From: an uncultured Macellibacteroides sp. | Lineage (GTDB): Bacteria > Bacteroidota > Bacteroidia > Bacteroidales > Tannerellaceae | Length of the DNA: 64,000 nucleotides | Direction: 5' to 3' | NCBI GenBank assembly: GCA_963667135.1 | Contig: OY762974.1 | Span: 3,545,054 to 3,609,053 of the forward strand | Part shown: positions 9,813 to 20,378 of the stretch, in pieces | Layout of the letters: each line of letters begins with the position of its first letter | Position numbering within the stretch: position 1 is the first letter of the stretch | The notes under the pieces: model-generated | The model's input: the letters and a program-made list of their open reading frames with translations, nothing else | What the model was told of the DNA's origin: nothing | Databases searched by the model: none | Position numbers and translations under genes: made by a program

Positions 9813-10316
9813 CTATTTGAATATTTTCTTATAAATATGACAGTACGGAGAATCCCCGTTTTTGTCGTAATAATGCTGATGATAATCTTCAGCTTTCCAG
9901 AATGTGCTGGCCGGTTCTAAGGAAGTTGCTACCTTATTACCCATTTTTGTTAGTGATTCAATTAGATTTTCAGCTGTAGCTTTTTGTTCTTCGTTCGAAT
10001 AAAAAATGACAGATCTGTATTGAGAACCTATATCGGGACCTTGTCCGCCAATTTGAGAAAAATCGTGAGTCTCAAAATAGAGTTTCAATATTTGTTCGTA
10101 GCTAAGTTCTTCCGTGTCGAACAAAACTTCAACGGTTTCAACATGACCTGTTGTGCCGGTTTTAACTTGAGGATAAGATGGATTGTCAAGATTACCACCC
10201 ATGTAGCCAACATACGTTGCACTTACTCCAAACATTTTATTCAGATGGTATTGCGTACCCCAGAAACATCCTGAAGCAAGGTATGCTTTTTGAATTTTTA
10301 GACTTGCAGATTCCAT
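9813..10316 (-). CDS. msrA: peptide-methionine (S)-S-oxide reductase
   Basis: Catalytic GCFWG motif near the N-terminus and ~167 aa size. Contains GHVETVEV and DPxxxxRQGxDxGxQYRS-like blocks. Confidence 0.93.
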   Translation of the reverse strand: MESASLKIQKAYLASGCFWGTQYHLNKMFGVSATYVGYMGGNLDNPSYPQVKTGTTGHVETVEVLFDTEELSYEQILKLYFETHDFSQIGGQGPDIGSQYRSVIFYSNEEQKATAENLIESLTKMGNKVATSLEPASTFWKAEDYHQHYYDKNGDSPYCHIYKKIFK

Positions 10317-10343
10317 GTTTATATGATTTTAGGATAAAATATA

Positions 10344-10351
10344 TATCTTTG
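10344..10351 (+). promoter_or_regulatory. Bacteroidota -7 promoter box (uraA)
   Basis: TATCTTTG, 19 nt before the ATG at 10371. Confidence 0.5.
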
Positions 10352-10353
10352 CA

Positions 10354-10361
10354 CAAATGTA
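10354..10361 (-). promoter_or_regulatory. Bacteroidota -7 promoter box (msrA)
   Basis: Minus-strand TACATTTG, 37 nt before the ATG at 10316. Confidence 0.5.
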
Positions 10362-10370
10362 CAATAATTA

Positions 10371-11573
10371 ATGGAAAATAATCAACATTTAAACCCCTTT
10401 CAAAAGACTATTGTAGGGGTTCAATTTTTATTCGTGGCTTTTGGAGCCACTGTGTTAGTGCCTCTTTTAGTAGGATTGGATCCATCAACAGCTCTATTTA
10501 CTGCAGGGTTAGGCACTCTTCTCTTTCATTTAGTGACCAAAGGAAAAGTTCCGGTATTTTTAGGAAGTAGTTTTGCATTTGTTGCGCCTATTATAAAGGC
10601 TACCGAATTGTATGGACTAGCGGGAACATTATCTGGCTTTGTGGCAGTTGGTGCTGTTTATGGTTTGATGAGCTTGCTTATTAAATGGCGAGGCGTTGGT
10701 TTTATACATCGGTTGTTTCCTCCTGTTGTTGTTGGCCCTGTAATCATACTCATTGGTTTGTCTCTTGCCGGAACCGGAGTTAACATGGCAAAAGACAACT
10801 GGCCTCTGGCTGTTGTATCATTAATCACTGCTATTGTTGCAACACTAATGGGACGTGGTTTGATAAAATTGATTCCTATTTTTTGTGGAATTGTAGTTGG
10901 GTATATTGTGGGAATAGTTTTTTATGATGTTGATTTATCTCCAGTATCAGCAGCTCCTTGGTTTTCATTACCACAGTTTGTAACTCCTCAAATTTCGTGG
11001 GAGGCTGTGCTTTTTCTCGTACCTGTGGCAATTGCTCCGGTGATTGAACACGTTGGCGATATTTATGCAATTAATTCTGTTACAGGAAAGGATTTTGTTA
11101 AGGACCCCGGATTGCATCGTACTATGCTTGGCGATGGTTTGGCGTGTGCTGCCGCAGGTTTTATCGGTGGCCCTCCTGTAACTACTTATTCTGAGGTAAC
11201 AGGTGCTATTTCTTTAACAAAGATTACAGATCCTTCTGTAATTCGCATAGCTGCAGTAGCTGGAATCCTTTTTTCTGTATTTGGTAAAATCAGTGCCTTA
11301 TTAAAAACGATTCCTTCGCCAGTGCTTGGTGGAATTATGCTTTTGTTATTTGGTACTATTGCTTCGGTTGGTATCGACAATCTTATCAGAAACAAAACGG
11401 ATCTAAGCAATACGCGAAATTTAATTGTTTCGTCTTTGATTCTTACTTTTGGTATTGGGGGAGCTGTTTTTCAGTTTGGTCAATTTACAATAGCAGGAAT
11501 AGGATTGGCTGCAATGATTGGAGTATTACTTAACTTATTGTTGCCAAATCACACAAAAGTAGTTCAGCAATAA
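10371..11573 (+). CDS. uraA: uracil/xanthine permease (NCS2 family)
   Basis: 400 aa polytopic membrane protein. The blocks FGATVLVPLLVG and KGKVPVFLGSSFAFVAPII align with E. coli UraA. Confidence 0.85.
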   Translation: MENNQHLNPFQKTIVGVQFLFVAFGATVLVPLLVGLDPSTALFTAGLGTLLFHLVTKGKVPVFLGSSFAFVAPIIKATELYGLAGTLSGFVAVGAVYGLMSLLIKWRGVGFIHRLFPPVVVGPVIILIGLSLAGTGVNMAKDNWPLAVVSLITAIVATLMGRGLIKLIPIFCGIVVGYIVGIVFYDVDLSPVSAAPWFSLPQFVTPQISWEAVLFLVPVAIAPVIEHVGDIYAINSVTGKDFVKDPGLHRTMLGDGLACAAAGFIGGPPVTTYSEVTGAISLTKITDPSVIRIAAVAGILFSVFGKISALLKTIPSPVLGGIMLLLFGTIASVGIDNLIRNKTDLSNTRNLIVSSLILTFGIGGAVFQFGQFTIAGIGLAAMIGVLLNLLLPNHTKVVQQ

Positions 11574-11594
11574 TTTATTTCTGTCATATTTGTA

Positions 11595-11640
11595 ACACCT
11601 TATCTCAAAAATTAAAGATTGAGATAAGGTGTTTTTTTTA
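11595..11640 (+). terminator. rho-independent terminator after uraA
   Basis: 14-bp stem ACACCTTATCTCAA/TTGAGATAAGGTGT followed by a T8 run. Confidence 0.8.
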
Positions 11641-11646
11641 TTTTTG
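11639..11646 (+). promoter_or_regulatory. Bacteroidota -7 promoter box (GH78)
   Basis: TATTTTTG, 28 nt before the ATG at 11675. It overlaps the T-run of the uraA terminator. Confidence 0.35.
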
Positions 11647-11674
11647 TCTGCTAGTGTTGTTTATAAATACTATT

Positions 11675-14600
11675 ATGAAAAAACAAATTACCACATTTAG
11701 TCTGTTGTTCGCCGTTTTGGCTTGTTTTGTTTTTGAAAGCAAAGCCGGCACAGCAATTAAAAAATTACAAGTAGAGTATCAAACAAACCCCGTTGGAATA
11801 GATGTGGACCAACCTCGCTTTAGCTGGCAAATGCAGTCTGATCAAAGAGGCGAATCTCAACAAGCATACAGGTTGCTAGTTTCGGAAAGTCCCGAAAATC
11901 TTGAAGCTGGAATGTTTGTTTACGATAGCGGAAAAAAGGAAACCAGCGAATCGGTAGGCATCGAATATCACGGCGAAGCCCTTAAGCCAACCACCAGATA
12001 CTTCTGGAAAGTAATAGTATGGAACCAATCAGGAACAAAATTGGAGTCTGCAGCAGATGCTTTCTTTGAAACTGGTCTTATGGGAGAGGGTTGGAGTAAT
12101 GCAAAGTGGATTGGATCATCCAATGTCCAATTACCAAAATACAAAACCCACTACGTTATTGAATACGACGTGTGTGTGGACAAGAAGAGCCAAATTGCAG
12201 CATTCGTGTTTGGCGCGCGCGATAAACAAAACTTTGTTACAGTTCAGCTTGATGTGACCAAAAGCAAACCGGCGCTGTTGCGCTTATTACATACAACCGA
12301 CGGTAACGAAATAATAGACGCCACGGAAGATATCTCTGCTATTATTCCGGAGAATTCAAAGCATAAAATTCATCAAATTAAACTGGAAGTAACAACTGCC
12401 CAGTATGCATTGAAATATTTTATTGACATAACTGTAGATGGAAAGAAATTAGCCTGCTCATCTTTAACTCCCGAGGAGAAGAAACGCAAGAATACAGCTG
12501 GTTTTTGGGGAAATAAAGAGGGTGAGTTTACAGTTTACCCCTATCCTAAAGGGGATTTAGTATATATGTGCCGTTTATTCTCTATTGGATTTAAACAGCC
12601 TCTCAATCAATCGGCTACCTTTTCGAATATTAAGGTAAGCGAAAAAAGCTGGAATACAGTACTATATTCTGCACCAATGAACTATACAGAAAAAGGAACC
12701 GGAGAATTGTCGGTGTGGACTCCGGGTGAAGAAGTTTCTGCTCCCATGTTAAGAAAAAGTGTTATGCTATCGAAGCCTGTTAAGCAAGCCAGATTGTATG
12801 CCACAGCCAGAGGTATTTATGAATTCTCCGTAAACGGAAAGAAAGTGGGAGCCGATTACTTTAATCCAGGCTGGACTGACTATCGTTACCGTATGATGTA
12901 CAATACATTTGATATAACCAGGCTTTTGCAACCTGGAGAGAACGGGATAGGAGTAATGCTGGGAGCCGGTTGGTGGAGCGAGCACAATGGATTTATGACT
13001 GACTGGCAGGATCAGTATGGTACCCGTCAGTCCGTTATGGGAAAGATAGTGGTCAATTATACTGATGGCAGCTCCGAAACGATAGTGACGAACGACGGAT
13101 GGAAGTGTTACGACCGCGGACCAATTACCTTTAACGGTCTTCAGAACGGCGAAGAGTATGATGCTCGTAAAGAAGTTAAAGGTTGGAACGACGCCGGATT
13201 TAATGATTTCGACTGGAAACAAGCTGCTTTGTTTCCGGCAACTCCGGTTCATGTAAAGCTGCAGGCCTATGTTGGAAATCCTGTACGTTCCACTGTTCAG
13301 CTTACTGCTCAATCGGTCCTCGAACCTCTTCCCGGCGTTTATGTGTACGATATGGGCCAAAATATGGTTGGCGTTCCTTGTCTTAGATTGAAAGGAGATG
13401 CCGGACAGGAGATTACCATACGTTACGGCGAAATGAATTACCCCGAAGTAATCCCAACCAATCCGGTTGCACCCTATACCATCGATATGTATAAGCAGAA
13501 GAAAGGGCAGGTTTATACAGACAACTACCGTAGTGCTTTGTCGACCGACCGCTACATAATGAAAGGCGACGTTAAAGGTGAGACTTACGAACCCCGGTTC
13601 ACATTTCATGGTTATAGATTTGTTGAGATCCATGGATTAAAAGAGCCGCTTCCTCTCGAAAACGTTAAAGGAATGGTTCTTGAGTCAATCGGAGAACAAA
13701 CAAGTGGCTACCAAACTTCCAATAAATTAATTAACCGTCTATTCGAGAATATTGTATGGGGGCAAAGAGGCAACTTTTTATCAATACCCACCGATTGCCC
13801 ACAAAGAGATGAACGAATGGGTTGGACCGGTGACGCGCAGATATTTGCCCGCTCGGCAACCTATAATATGAATGTGAATTCATTCTATACCCGCTGGCTT
13901 AATTCTGTAAGGGATAATCAGGGAGCCGACGGAAGTTATGCGAACTATGTTCCCGTGGTTGGTACGCCTCCCCAGGGAGCAGAACCCGGAATGGGTGCCG
14001 TGGGATGGATGGAAGCCGGAATTATTGTTCCTTGGCAGGTATATCAGCAATATAACGATGTGCGTATTCTGGAAGAACATTACGAGTCGATGCTTCACTA
14101 CATGAATTTTATGGAAAGAAGGGCTGTTAAGTATATTCAACCCTATGGGGGCTTTGGCGATTGGCTGGCCTTGGACCCAACCAATTCCATGCTTACCAAT
14201 ACAGCTTACTTTGCTTATGATGCCATGCTCATGGAACAAATAGCCTCTAAGTTGGGTAAAGAAAGCGACAAGATACGATTCAAAAACCTATACGAGCAGA
14301 TTAAAGCTTCGTTCAATAAGCATTTTGTTGATAATGAAGGATACACTTATGCCCCGTCTACATCTTCCATCTTTGGAAAACCGGTAGAATCAGGATGGGG
14401 TAGTGGTCCCGAAGGAGATCCAAAACGGGTAGATACCCAAACCTCTTATGTTGTTCCCCTCCAATTCGGGTTGTTTGATGAACAAAACAAACCAAAGGCG
14501 ATACAACATCTGGTAGACAACGTCAGAAAACATGGCAATACCCTTACCACAGGTTTCATAGGAACTCCATACCTTAATCTGGTTCTTTCGGATAACGGTT

Positions 14601-15133
14601 TCGACGACCTCGCTTATGCGTTGTTCGAACAAACAGCTTATCCATCGTGGCTTTATCCAGTACTCCAGGGAGCCACCACTATTTGGGAACGATGGAATTC
14701 CTATACTATCGTTAATGGATTCGGACCTGTGGATATGAACTCATTCAATCATTATTCTTATGGAGCTATTGAAGAATGGATGATGGCTTATTCCGTTGGC
14801 ATTCAGCGAAACGAGAACAAGCCCGGATACAAAGATTTTATTTTACAGCCCAAGTTTGGTGGTAGCTTTACTCATATAACCGGCTTCTTTGATTCGGTAT
14901 ACGGACGAATAGAAAGTGGATGGAATAAAGAGGGTAACCAAATCATGTATAAAGCGAAAGTGCCAGCCAATACAACAGCTACATTACACCTTCAGGTATC
15001 CGATCCCAAGATGATTAAAGTTCCGGAAGGAGCATCTTTCATCAAGAACGAAAAGGGTGAAGCACTTTATAGTCTGCAATCCGGAGACTACCAGTTTGTA
15101 ATTAAAATAAACAAACCCGTAGATAAGCAGTAA
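11675..15133 (+). CDS. alpha-L-rhamnosidase (glycoside hydrolase family 78), secreted
   Basis: Signal peptide starting at the ATG at 11675. GH78 N-domain (PRFSWQMQSDQRGESQQAYRLLV, RYFWKVIVWN) and six-hairpin catalytic block (TDCPQRDERMGWTGDAQIF). Confidence 0.88.
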   Translation: MKKQITTFSLLFAVLACFVFESKAGTAIKKLQVEYQTNPVGIDVDQPRFSWQMQSDQRGESQQAYRLLVSESPENLEAGMFVYDSGKKETSESVGIEYHGEALKPTTRYFWKVIVWNQSGTKLESAADAFFETGLMGEGWSNAKWIGSSNVQLPKYKTHYVIEYDVCVDKKSQIAAFVFGARDKQNFVTVQLDVTKSKPALLRLLHTTDGNEIIDATEDISAIIPENSKHKIHQIKLEVTTAQYALKYFIDITVDGKKLACSSLTPEEKKRKNTAGFWGNKEGEFTVYPYPKGDLVYMCRLFSIGFKQPLNQSATFSNIKVSEKSWNTVLYSAPMNYTEKGTGELSVWTPGEEVSAPMLRKSVMLSKPVKQARLYATARGIYEFSVNGKKVGADYFNPGWTDYRYRMMYNTFDITRLLQPGENGIGVMLGAGWWSEHNGFMTDWQDQYGTRQSVMGKIVVNYTDGSSETIVTNDGWKCYDRGPITFNGLQNGEEYDARKEVKGWNDAGFNDFDWKQAALFPATPVHVKLQAYVGNPVRSTVQLTAQSVLEPLPGVYVYDMGQNMVGVPCLRLKGDAGQEITIRYGEMNYPEVIPTNPVAPYTIDMYKQKKGQVYTDNYRSALSTDRYIMKGDVKGETYEPRFTFHGYRFVEIHGLKEPLPLENVKGMVLESIGEQTSGYQTSNKLINRLFENIVWGQRGNFLSIPTDCPQRDERMGWTGDAQIFARSATYNMNVNSFYTRWLNSVRDNQGADGSYANYVPVVGTPPQGAEPGMGAVGWMEAGIIVPWQVYQQYNDVRILEEHYESMLHYMNFMERRAVKYIQPYGGFGDWLALDPTNSMLTNTAYFAYDAMLMEQIASKLGKESDKIRFKNLYEQIKASFNKHFVDNEGYTYAPSTSSIFGKPVESGWGSGPEGDPKRVDTQTSYVVPLQFGLFDEQNKPKAIQHLVDNVRKHGNTLTTGFIGTPYLNLVLSDNGFDDLAYALFEQTAYPSWLYPVLQGATTIWERWNSYTIVNGFGPVDMNSFNHYSYGAIEEWMMAYSVGIQRNENKPGYKDFILQPKFGGSFTHITGFFDSVYGRIESGWNKEGNQIMYKAKVPANTTATLHLQVSDPKMIKVPEGASFIKNEKGEALYSLQSGDYQFVIKINKPVDKQ

Positions 15134-15158
15134 TTAAGCAGGCAGATAATTTTAATAT

Positions 15159-15210
15159 GTCGTCCGCCATATGGAGACCCTTGTGTTTCTATTAGGCGGA
15201 CGATTTAGTG
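15159..15210 (+). terminator. possible weak terminator after the GH78 gene
   Basis: GC-rich 9-bp stem TCGTCCGCC/GGCGGACGA. The loop is large (26 nt) and the T-run is short. Confidence 0.3.
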
Positions 15211-15298
15211 TAATTATAAATTAGTTAATCCAATTGAAAAGGATATCTTTTTGACAATACTTTTTCTTTCATCATATGTATTAATAAAGTATTTTACG

Positions 15299-15306
15299 TA
15301 AGTTTG
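15299..15306 (+). promoter_or_regulatory. Bacteroidota -7 promoter box (aspS)
   Basis: TAAGTTTG, 44 nt before the ATG at 15351. Confidence 0.5.
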
Positions 15307-15350
15307 CACTATCGTTTGCAAAAAGATAACAATTATACATATTACATCTT

Positions 15351-17108
15351 ATGTACAGAAACAGAACTTGTGGTGAATTGCGCCTTTCCCATGAAGGAGA
15401 AGTCGTAATCTTGGCTGGCTGGGTTCAGAAAACCCGTAAAATGGGAGGAATGACCTTCGTCGATATTCGTGACCGTTATGGTATTACGCAGTTAGTATTT
15501 AACCAGGAAGCTAATGCTGATCTTTGTGAGAAAGCTAATAAACTGGGCCGTGAATTTGTAATTCAGATTACAGGTACAGTAAAAGAACGTTCAAGCAAAA
15601 ATATGAATATTCCTACGGGAGAGATAGAAATCATTGTTTCAGACTTAAACGTACTGAATACATCGGTAACACCTCCTTTTACCATAGAAGATGATACTGA
15701 TGGAGGTGATGACCTTCGTATGAAATATCGTTACCTGGATTTGCGTCGTTCCAGCGTTCGTGCCAATCTGGAACTTCGTCATAAGATGACCATTGCTGTT
15801 CGCCAATATCTGGATCAACAGAACTTCCTTGAAGTGGAAACACCTGTTATGATCAAATCCACTCCCGAAGGTGCCCGCGACTTTGTGGTTCCTTCCCGTA
15901 TGAATCCTGGTCAGTTTTATGCATTGCCTCAGTCCCCTCAAACATTCAAGCAGTTGCTGATGGTATCGGGATTTGACCGTTACTTCCAGATTGTTAAGTG
16001 CTTTCGTGATGAAGACTTGCGTGCCGACCGTCAGCCTGAATTTACCCAGATTGACTGCGAAATGAGCTTTGTTGAACAGGAAGATGTGCTGAATCTTTTC
16101 GAAGGTATGGCAAAACATTTGTTCAAAACGATACGTGGTATAGAAATAACAGAACCATTTGCCCGGATGACGTGGCACGATGCTATGAAATATTACGGAA
16201 GCGACAAACCGGACCTACGTTTTGGAATGAAGTTCGTGGAACTAATGGATATCATGCAGGGAAAAGGATTTTCTGTATTTGATAATGCCGCCTATGTAGG
16301 AGGTGTCTGTGCAGAAGGTGCGGCAAGTTATACAAGGAAACAACTGGATGCATTGACTGAATATGTAAAACGTCCGCAAATTGGTGCTAAAGGCCTTGTT
16401 TACGCCAGAGTCGAAGCTGATGGAACTGTAAAATCGAGTGTTGATAAATTCTATACACAGGATACTTTACAAGAGATGAAAAATGCTTTTGGTGCTAAAC
16501 CAGGAGATCTTATATTAATTTTATCAGGAGATGATGCTCAAAAGACTCGTAAGCAATTATCTGAATTGCGATTGGAGATGGGTAATCAGCTAGGATTGCG
16601 CGATAAAAATAATTTTGTTTGTCTTTGGGTAGTCGATTTCCCATTGTTTGAATGGGATGAAGATACAAACCGTTTCTACGCGATGCACCATCCGTTTACT
16701 TCGCCTAAGCCAGAAGATATTCCGTTATTGGATACCAATACCGGTGATGTTCGTGCCAACGCATATGATATGGTTATCAATGGTGTTGAAGTTGGTGGTG
16801 GTTCAATTCGTATCCATGATAGTGCTTTACAGCAAAAAATGTTTAAGTTGCTCGGATTTACAGACGAAAAAGCACAAGAACAGTTTGGTTTCTTAATGAA
16901 TGCATTTAAATACGGTGCACCTCCTCATGGTGGATTGGCATATGGATTAGATCGTTGGGTGTCTCTGTTTGCAGGCCTTGACTCGATCCGCGACTGTATC
17001 GCTTTCCCAAAGAACAATTCAGGAAGAGATGTTATGATAGACGCTCCAGCTGCAATTGATGACGAGCAGTTGAAGGAATTAAACCTTGTAATTGATATTA
17101 AAGAATAA
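15351..17108 (+). CDS. aspS: aspartate--tRNA ligase
   Basis: 585 aa. OB-fold N-terminus ([22 protein letters not shown]) and class II motifs ([33 protein letters not shown]). Confidence 0.95.
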   Translation: MYRNRTCGELRLSHEGEVVILAGWVQKTRKMGGMTFVDIRDRYGITQLVFNQEANADLCEKANKLGREFVIQITGTVKERSSKNMNIPTGEIEIIVSDLNVLNTSVTPPFTIEDDTDGGDDLRMKYRYLDLRRSSVRANLELRHKMTIAVRQYLDQQNFLEVETPVMIKSTPEGARDFVVPSRMNPGQFYALPQSPQTFKQLLMVSGFDRYFQIVKCFRDEDLRADRQPEFTQIDCEMSFVEQEDVLNLFEGMAKHLFKTIRGIEITEPFARMTWHDAMKYYGSDKPDLRFGMKFVELMDIMQGKGFSVFDNAAYVGGVCAEGAASYTRKQLDALTEYVKRPQIGAKGLVYARVEADGTVKSSVDKFYTQDTLQEMKNAFGAKPGDLILILSGDDAQKTRKQLSELRLEMGNQLGLRDKNNFVCLWVVDFPLFEWDEDTNRFYAMHHPFTSPKPEDIPLLDTNTGDVRANAYDMVINGVEVGGGSIRIHDSALQQKMFKLLGFTDEKAQEQFGFLMNAFKYGAPPHGGLAYGLDRWVSLFAGLDSIRDCIAFPKNNSGRDVMIDAPAAIDDEQLKELNLVIDIKE

Positions 17109-17110
17109 AT

Positions 17111-18208
17111 ATGGTACGTGTAAGGGATATACTGAAAGAGATCGAACAGTATGCTCCACTGCCATTACAAGAAGATTTTGATAATGCAGGTGTGCAGGTT
17201 GGTGATGTAAACCAGCCTGCTACCGGTGTGCTGTTATGCGTCGATGTGACCGAAGAAGTGATTGATGAAGCGATAGAACTGGAATGTAACCTGATTGTTT
17301 CGCATCACCCATTGGCTTTCAAGCCTTTTAAATCATTAACCGGTTCAACGTATATTGAACGGTGTATGATGAAAGCCTGCAAATTCGATCTTGTTGTTTA
17401 TGCAGCTCATACCAATCTGGACAACGCAATGGGGGGCGTGAATTATAAATTGGCCGAGATGATAGGACTTCAGAATGTTCGCATACTAAGTCCCCAAAAA
17501 TCTTCACTGCTAAAATTAGTTACGTTTGTTCCAGAGTCTCATGCAGAAATAGTCCGTCAGGCTTTATTTAATGCAGGATCCGGATGTATTGGAAATTATG
17601 ATTCTTGTAGTTTTAATATGAAAGGAGAGGGGAGCTTCAGAGCAAAAGAAGGAACAAATCCTTTTTGTGGGCAGATAGGTGATTTGCACACTGAACCAGA
17701 AGTCCGAATTGAAACTATTTTGCCTCTAAGTTTAAAAAACTCCGTAACAAAAGCTCTTTTTTCTGTTCACCCATACGAGGAACCTGCGTTTGATCTTTAT
17801 CCTCTTGCAAACAGCTGGACACAAGCAGGCTCGGGGGTAGTAGGAGAATTACCTGAAAGCGAAGATGAGTTAAGCTTTTTACACCGAATAAAGGATATAT
17901 TTCATTTAGGAGGCCTATTGCATTCCCCGTTTACAGGAAAAAGTATTCGAGAGGTTGCAATTTGTGGAGGAAGCGGAGCTTTTCTGATTAATGATGCCAT
18001 CGCTTATGGTGCAGATGTTTTTATTACAGGCGAGGCTAAGTATAACGATTATTATAATGTAGAAGATCGGATTTTATTGACTGTAATTGGTCACTACGAA
18101 TCAGAAGAATGTACAAAAGATATATTCTATACGATAATATCGAAAAAATTTCCTACCTTTGTCGTGCATTTTTCGAATGTTAATTCAAACCCGGTAAAAT
18201 ATTTATAG
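17111..18208 (+). CDS. Nif3-like dinuclear metal centre protein (YbgI/YqfO family)
   Basis: 365 aa. Contains DNAGVQVGD, SHHPLAFKP and HTNLD, with an inserted PII-like middle domain. Confidence 0.85.
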   Translation: MVRVRDILKEIEQYAPLPLQEDFDNAGVQVGDVNQPATGVLLCVDVTEEVIDEAIELECNLIVSHHPLAFKPFKSLTGSTYIERCMMKACKFDLVVYAAHTNLDNAMGGVNYKLAEMIGLQNVRILSPQKSSLLKLVTFVPESHAEIVRQALFNAGSGCIGNYDSCSFNMKGEGSFRAKEGTNPFCGQIGDLHTEPEVRIETILPLSLKNSVTKALFSVHPYEEPAFDLYPLANSWTQAGSGVVGELPESEDELSFLHRIKDIFHLGGLLHSPFTGKSIREVAICGGSGAFLINDAIAYGADVFITGEAKYNDYYNVEDRILLTVIGHYESEECTKDIFYTIISKKFPTFVVHFSNVNSNPVKYL

Positions 18209-18209
18209 A

Positions 18210-18974
18210 ATGGCTACAGAAAAACAATCAGCTGAAAAAGAAGTAACAGTTGAAGAAAAGCTTTCTAGGCTGTATCAACTTCAGACGATGGTGACAGAGA
18301 TCGACAAGATCAAAACACTTCGTGGTGAACTGCCTTTAGAAGTTCAGGATTTGGAGGATGAGATCGCAGGATTGGAAACTCGTCTTCAAAACTTTCAGTC
18401 TGAAATTAAGTACTTAGAAACTTCTGTTTTAGAACAAAAGAACAAAATTGCTGATTCAACCGGACTGATTGAAAAGTATAAAGGTCAGTTGGATAATGTG
18501 CGTAATAACCGCGAATTCGACAACCTTACAAAAGAAATAGAGTTTCAGGGACTTGAAATCGAATTTTCTGAAAAGAAAATCCGCGAGTTTAGCGTTGCTG
18601 TTGTTGCAAAGAAAGAAGAAATTGCACAGAGCATTGAAAAACTTGATGGTCGTAAAGCTGACTTAGCTCAAAAACAAGGTGAGTTGGAAGAAATTATTTC
18701 TGAAACAAAACAGGAAGAAGAAAAGCTAAGAGAGCGTGCAAAAAAATTAGAGGCATCAATTGAACCTCGTTTGCTTGCAGCTTTTAAACGTATCCGTAAA
18801 GGTGCCCGAAACGGTTTAGCTGTTGTTTATATCCAACGTGATGCATGTGGTGGTTGCTTTAATAAGATTCCACCTCAAAAGCAAATGGATATTAAACTTC
18901 GCAAAAAAATTATTGTATGCGAATATTGTGGTCGTGTTATGATTGACCCTGAATTGGCTGGAGTAGAAGTTTAA
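18210..18974 (+). CDS. coiled-coil protein with C4 zinc ribbon (COG1579/DUF164-like)
   Basis: Long heptad-rich region followed by CGGC..(x)..CEYCGR. It holds the usual position after the nif3-like gene. Confidence 0.75.
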   Translation: MATEKQSAEKEVTVEEKLSRLYQLQTMVTEIDKIKTLRGELPLEVQDLEDEIAGLETRLQNFQSEIKYLETSVLEQKNKIADSTGLIEKYKGQLDNVRNNREFDNLTKEIEFQGLEIEFSEKKIREFSVAVVAKKEEIAQSIEKLDGRKADLAQKQGELEEIISETKQEEEKLRERAKKLEASIEPRLLAAFKRIRKGARNGLAVVYIQRDACGGCFNKIPPQKQMDIKLRKKIIVCEYCGRVMIDPELAGVEV

Positions 18975-18994
18975 ACGTTTTATACAGTATAAGG

Positions 18995-19029
18995 GTAGGG
19001 ATGCGGAAAACGTATCCCTACGTTTTTTT
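18995..19029 (+). terminator. terminator-like hairpin after the zinc-ribbon gene, abutting the tilS start
   Basis: 11-bp stem GTAGGGATGCG/CGTATCCCTAC with one G:U pair, followed by a T7 run. The tilS ATG follows immediately at 19030. Confidence 0.65.
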
Positions 19030-20370
19030 ATGATAGAAGTAGTTCGCAAATATATTGACCAGAACCAGCTGCTTACTAAAAAAGAGTTGGTTATTGTGGG
19101 GATTAGCGGGGGGGCAGATTCAGTGGCTCTGCTTCATATGTTAGTGTCTATGGGATATCAATGTATTGCTGCCCACTGTAATTTTAAGTTGAGAGGGGAA
19201 GAGTCAGACAGAGATGAATTGTTTACGGATAATTATACTCAAATTCTTCAAGTTCCTTTACGCACTATTGTATTTGAAACAAAGCAATATGCACTGAACA
19301 ACCATCTTTCAATTGAAATGGCCGCCCGGGAATTGCGCTACGCTTGGTTTGAGGAACTTCGGAAAGAATATAATGCTCAGGCGATAGCTGTGGCTCATCA
19401 CAGAGACGACAGTATTGAAACGCTGCTTATAAATCTGACAAGGGGAAGCGGACTATGTGGTTTAACTGGTATTCGTCCTCGAAATGGCTATGTAGTACGT
19501 CCTTTGCTTCCATTATCCAGGGAAGATATCTTTTCTTACATTGATTCCAACAAACTGAGTTATGTTACAGATAGCACGAATAGTTCTGATATTTATACCC
19601 GTAACTTTATTCGGCTAAAAGTCCTTCCTTTGTTGGCTCAGATCAATCCTTCGATAAAAGCATCGTTAGCACGCACTACCGATCATTTAGGAGAGGCAGA
19701 GATAATTTTCAAGCATGTCATTCAAGAAGCCAGAAATAAAGTAATTCAAGATAACAGACTTTCTATAGATGCGTTGATGGAGTTGCCTGCTCCCAAAACA
19801 ATTCTATTTGAATTATTGAAACCCTATGGATTTACCAGACTGGTTACGGAAGATATTTTTTCTTCGCTGGAAAAGGATTCGGGAAAACTATTTTATTCTA
19901 ATTCTTATCGTTTATTAAAGGATCGTTCATTCCTATTTATAAATTCGCTAGAGAACCATGAACAACAATGTTTCACATTGGATAATGTAGAAGGTCGCAT
20001 AACTGTTCCTATTGAACTTATCTTCAGTAAGCTTGTTATAAATAAAGACTTCCTAATTGAAAGAAATTTAAATTTCGCTTATTTTGATTACGATAAACTA
20101 AAGTTTCCTCTAACTTTACGTCACTGGAAGGAAGGAGACTGGTTTGTCCCTTTTGGAATGACAGGCAGAAAAAAGCTTAGTGATTATTTCTCAAATAATA
20201 AGTTTTCCTTATTCGATAAAGAAAAAATATGGCTTTTATGCAATGGAGAAGATATTATTTGGATTGTTGGAGAACGTCCCGATAATAGGTATCGCATTGA
20301 CAAATCAACAAAAAAAGTTTTAAAGGTGAATTTTTTAGATAAAAAAAGCTTTACTTGTAAAACTATTTAG
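19030..20370 (+). CDS. tilS: tRNA(Ile)-lysidine synthetase
   Basis: PP-loop motif GISGGADSVAL, plus HHRDDSIETLL. 446 aa. Confidence 0.92.
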   Translation: MIEVVRKYIDQNQLLTKKELVIVGISGGADSVALLHMLVSMGYQCIAAHCNFKLRGEESDRDELFTDNYTQILQVPLRTIVFETKQYALNNHLSIEMAARELRYAWFEELRKEYNAQAIAVAHHRDDSIETLLINLTRGSGLCGLTGIRPRNGYVVRPLLPLSREDIFSYIDSNKLSYVTDSTNSSDIYTRNFIRLKVLPLLAQINPSIKASLARTTDHLGEAEIIFKHVIQEARNKVIQDNRLSIDALMELPAPKTILFELLKPYGFTRLVTEDIFSSLEKDSGKLFYSNSYRLLKDRSFLFINSLENHEQQCFTLDNVEGRITVPIELIFSKLVINKDFLIERNLNFAYFDYDKLKFPLTLRHWKEGDWFVPFGMTGRKKLSDYFSNNKFSLFDKEKIWLLCNGEDIIWIVGERPDNRYRIDKSTKKVLKVNFLDKKSFTCKTI

Positions 20371-20378
20371 TAAATTTG
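20371..20378 (+). promoter_or_regulatory. Bacteroidota -7 promoter box (rho leader)
   Basis: TAAATTTG lies immediately after the tilS stop and 166 nt before the rho ATG. Confidence 0.45.

Noticed and set aside
12767-13633. 288-aa ORF antisense to the GH78 rhamnosidase gene
   Set aside because: It lies entirely inside a well-supported CDS on the other strand. Its composition is odd (rich in I/L/S/H/V runs) and it has no motif, promoter box or start context. This is a typical antisense shadow ORF.
15645-16178. 177-aa ORF antisense to aspS; also similar shadow ORFs at 29016-29492 (in GH31), 47071-47580 (in V-ATPase A/B) and 48073-48471
   Set aside because: All are embedded antisense in highly conserved genes and have no independent signals.
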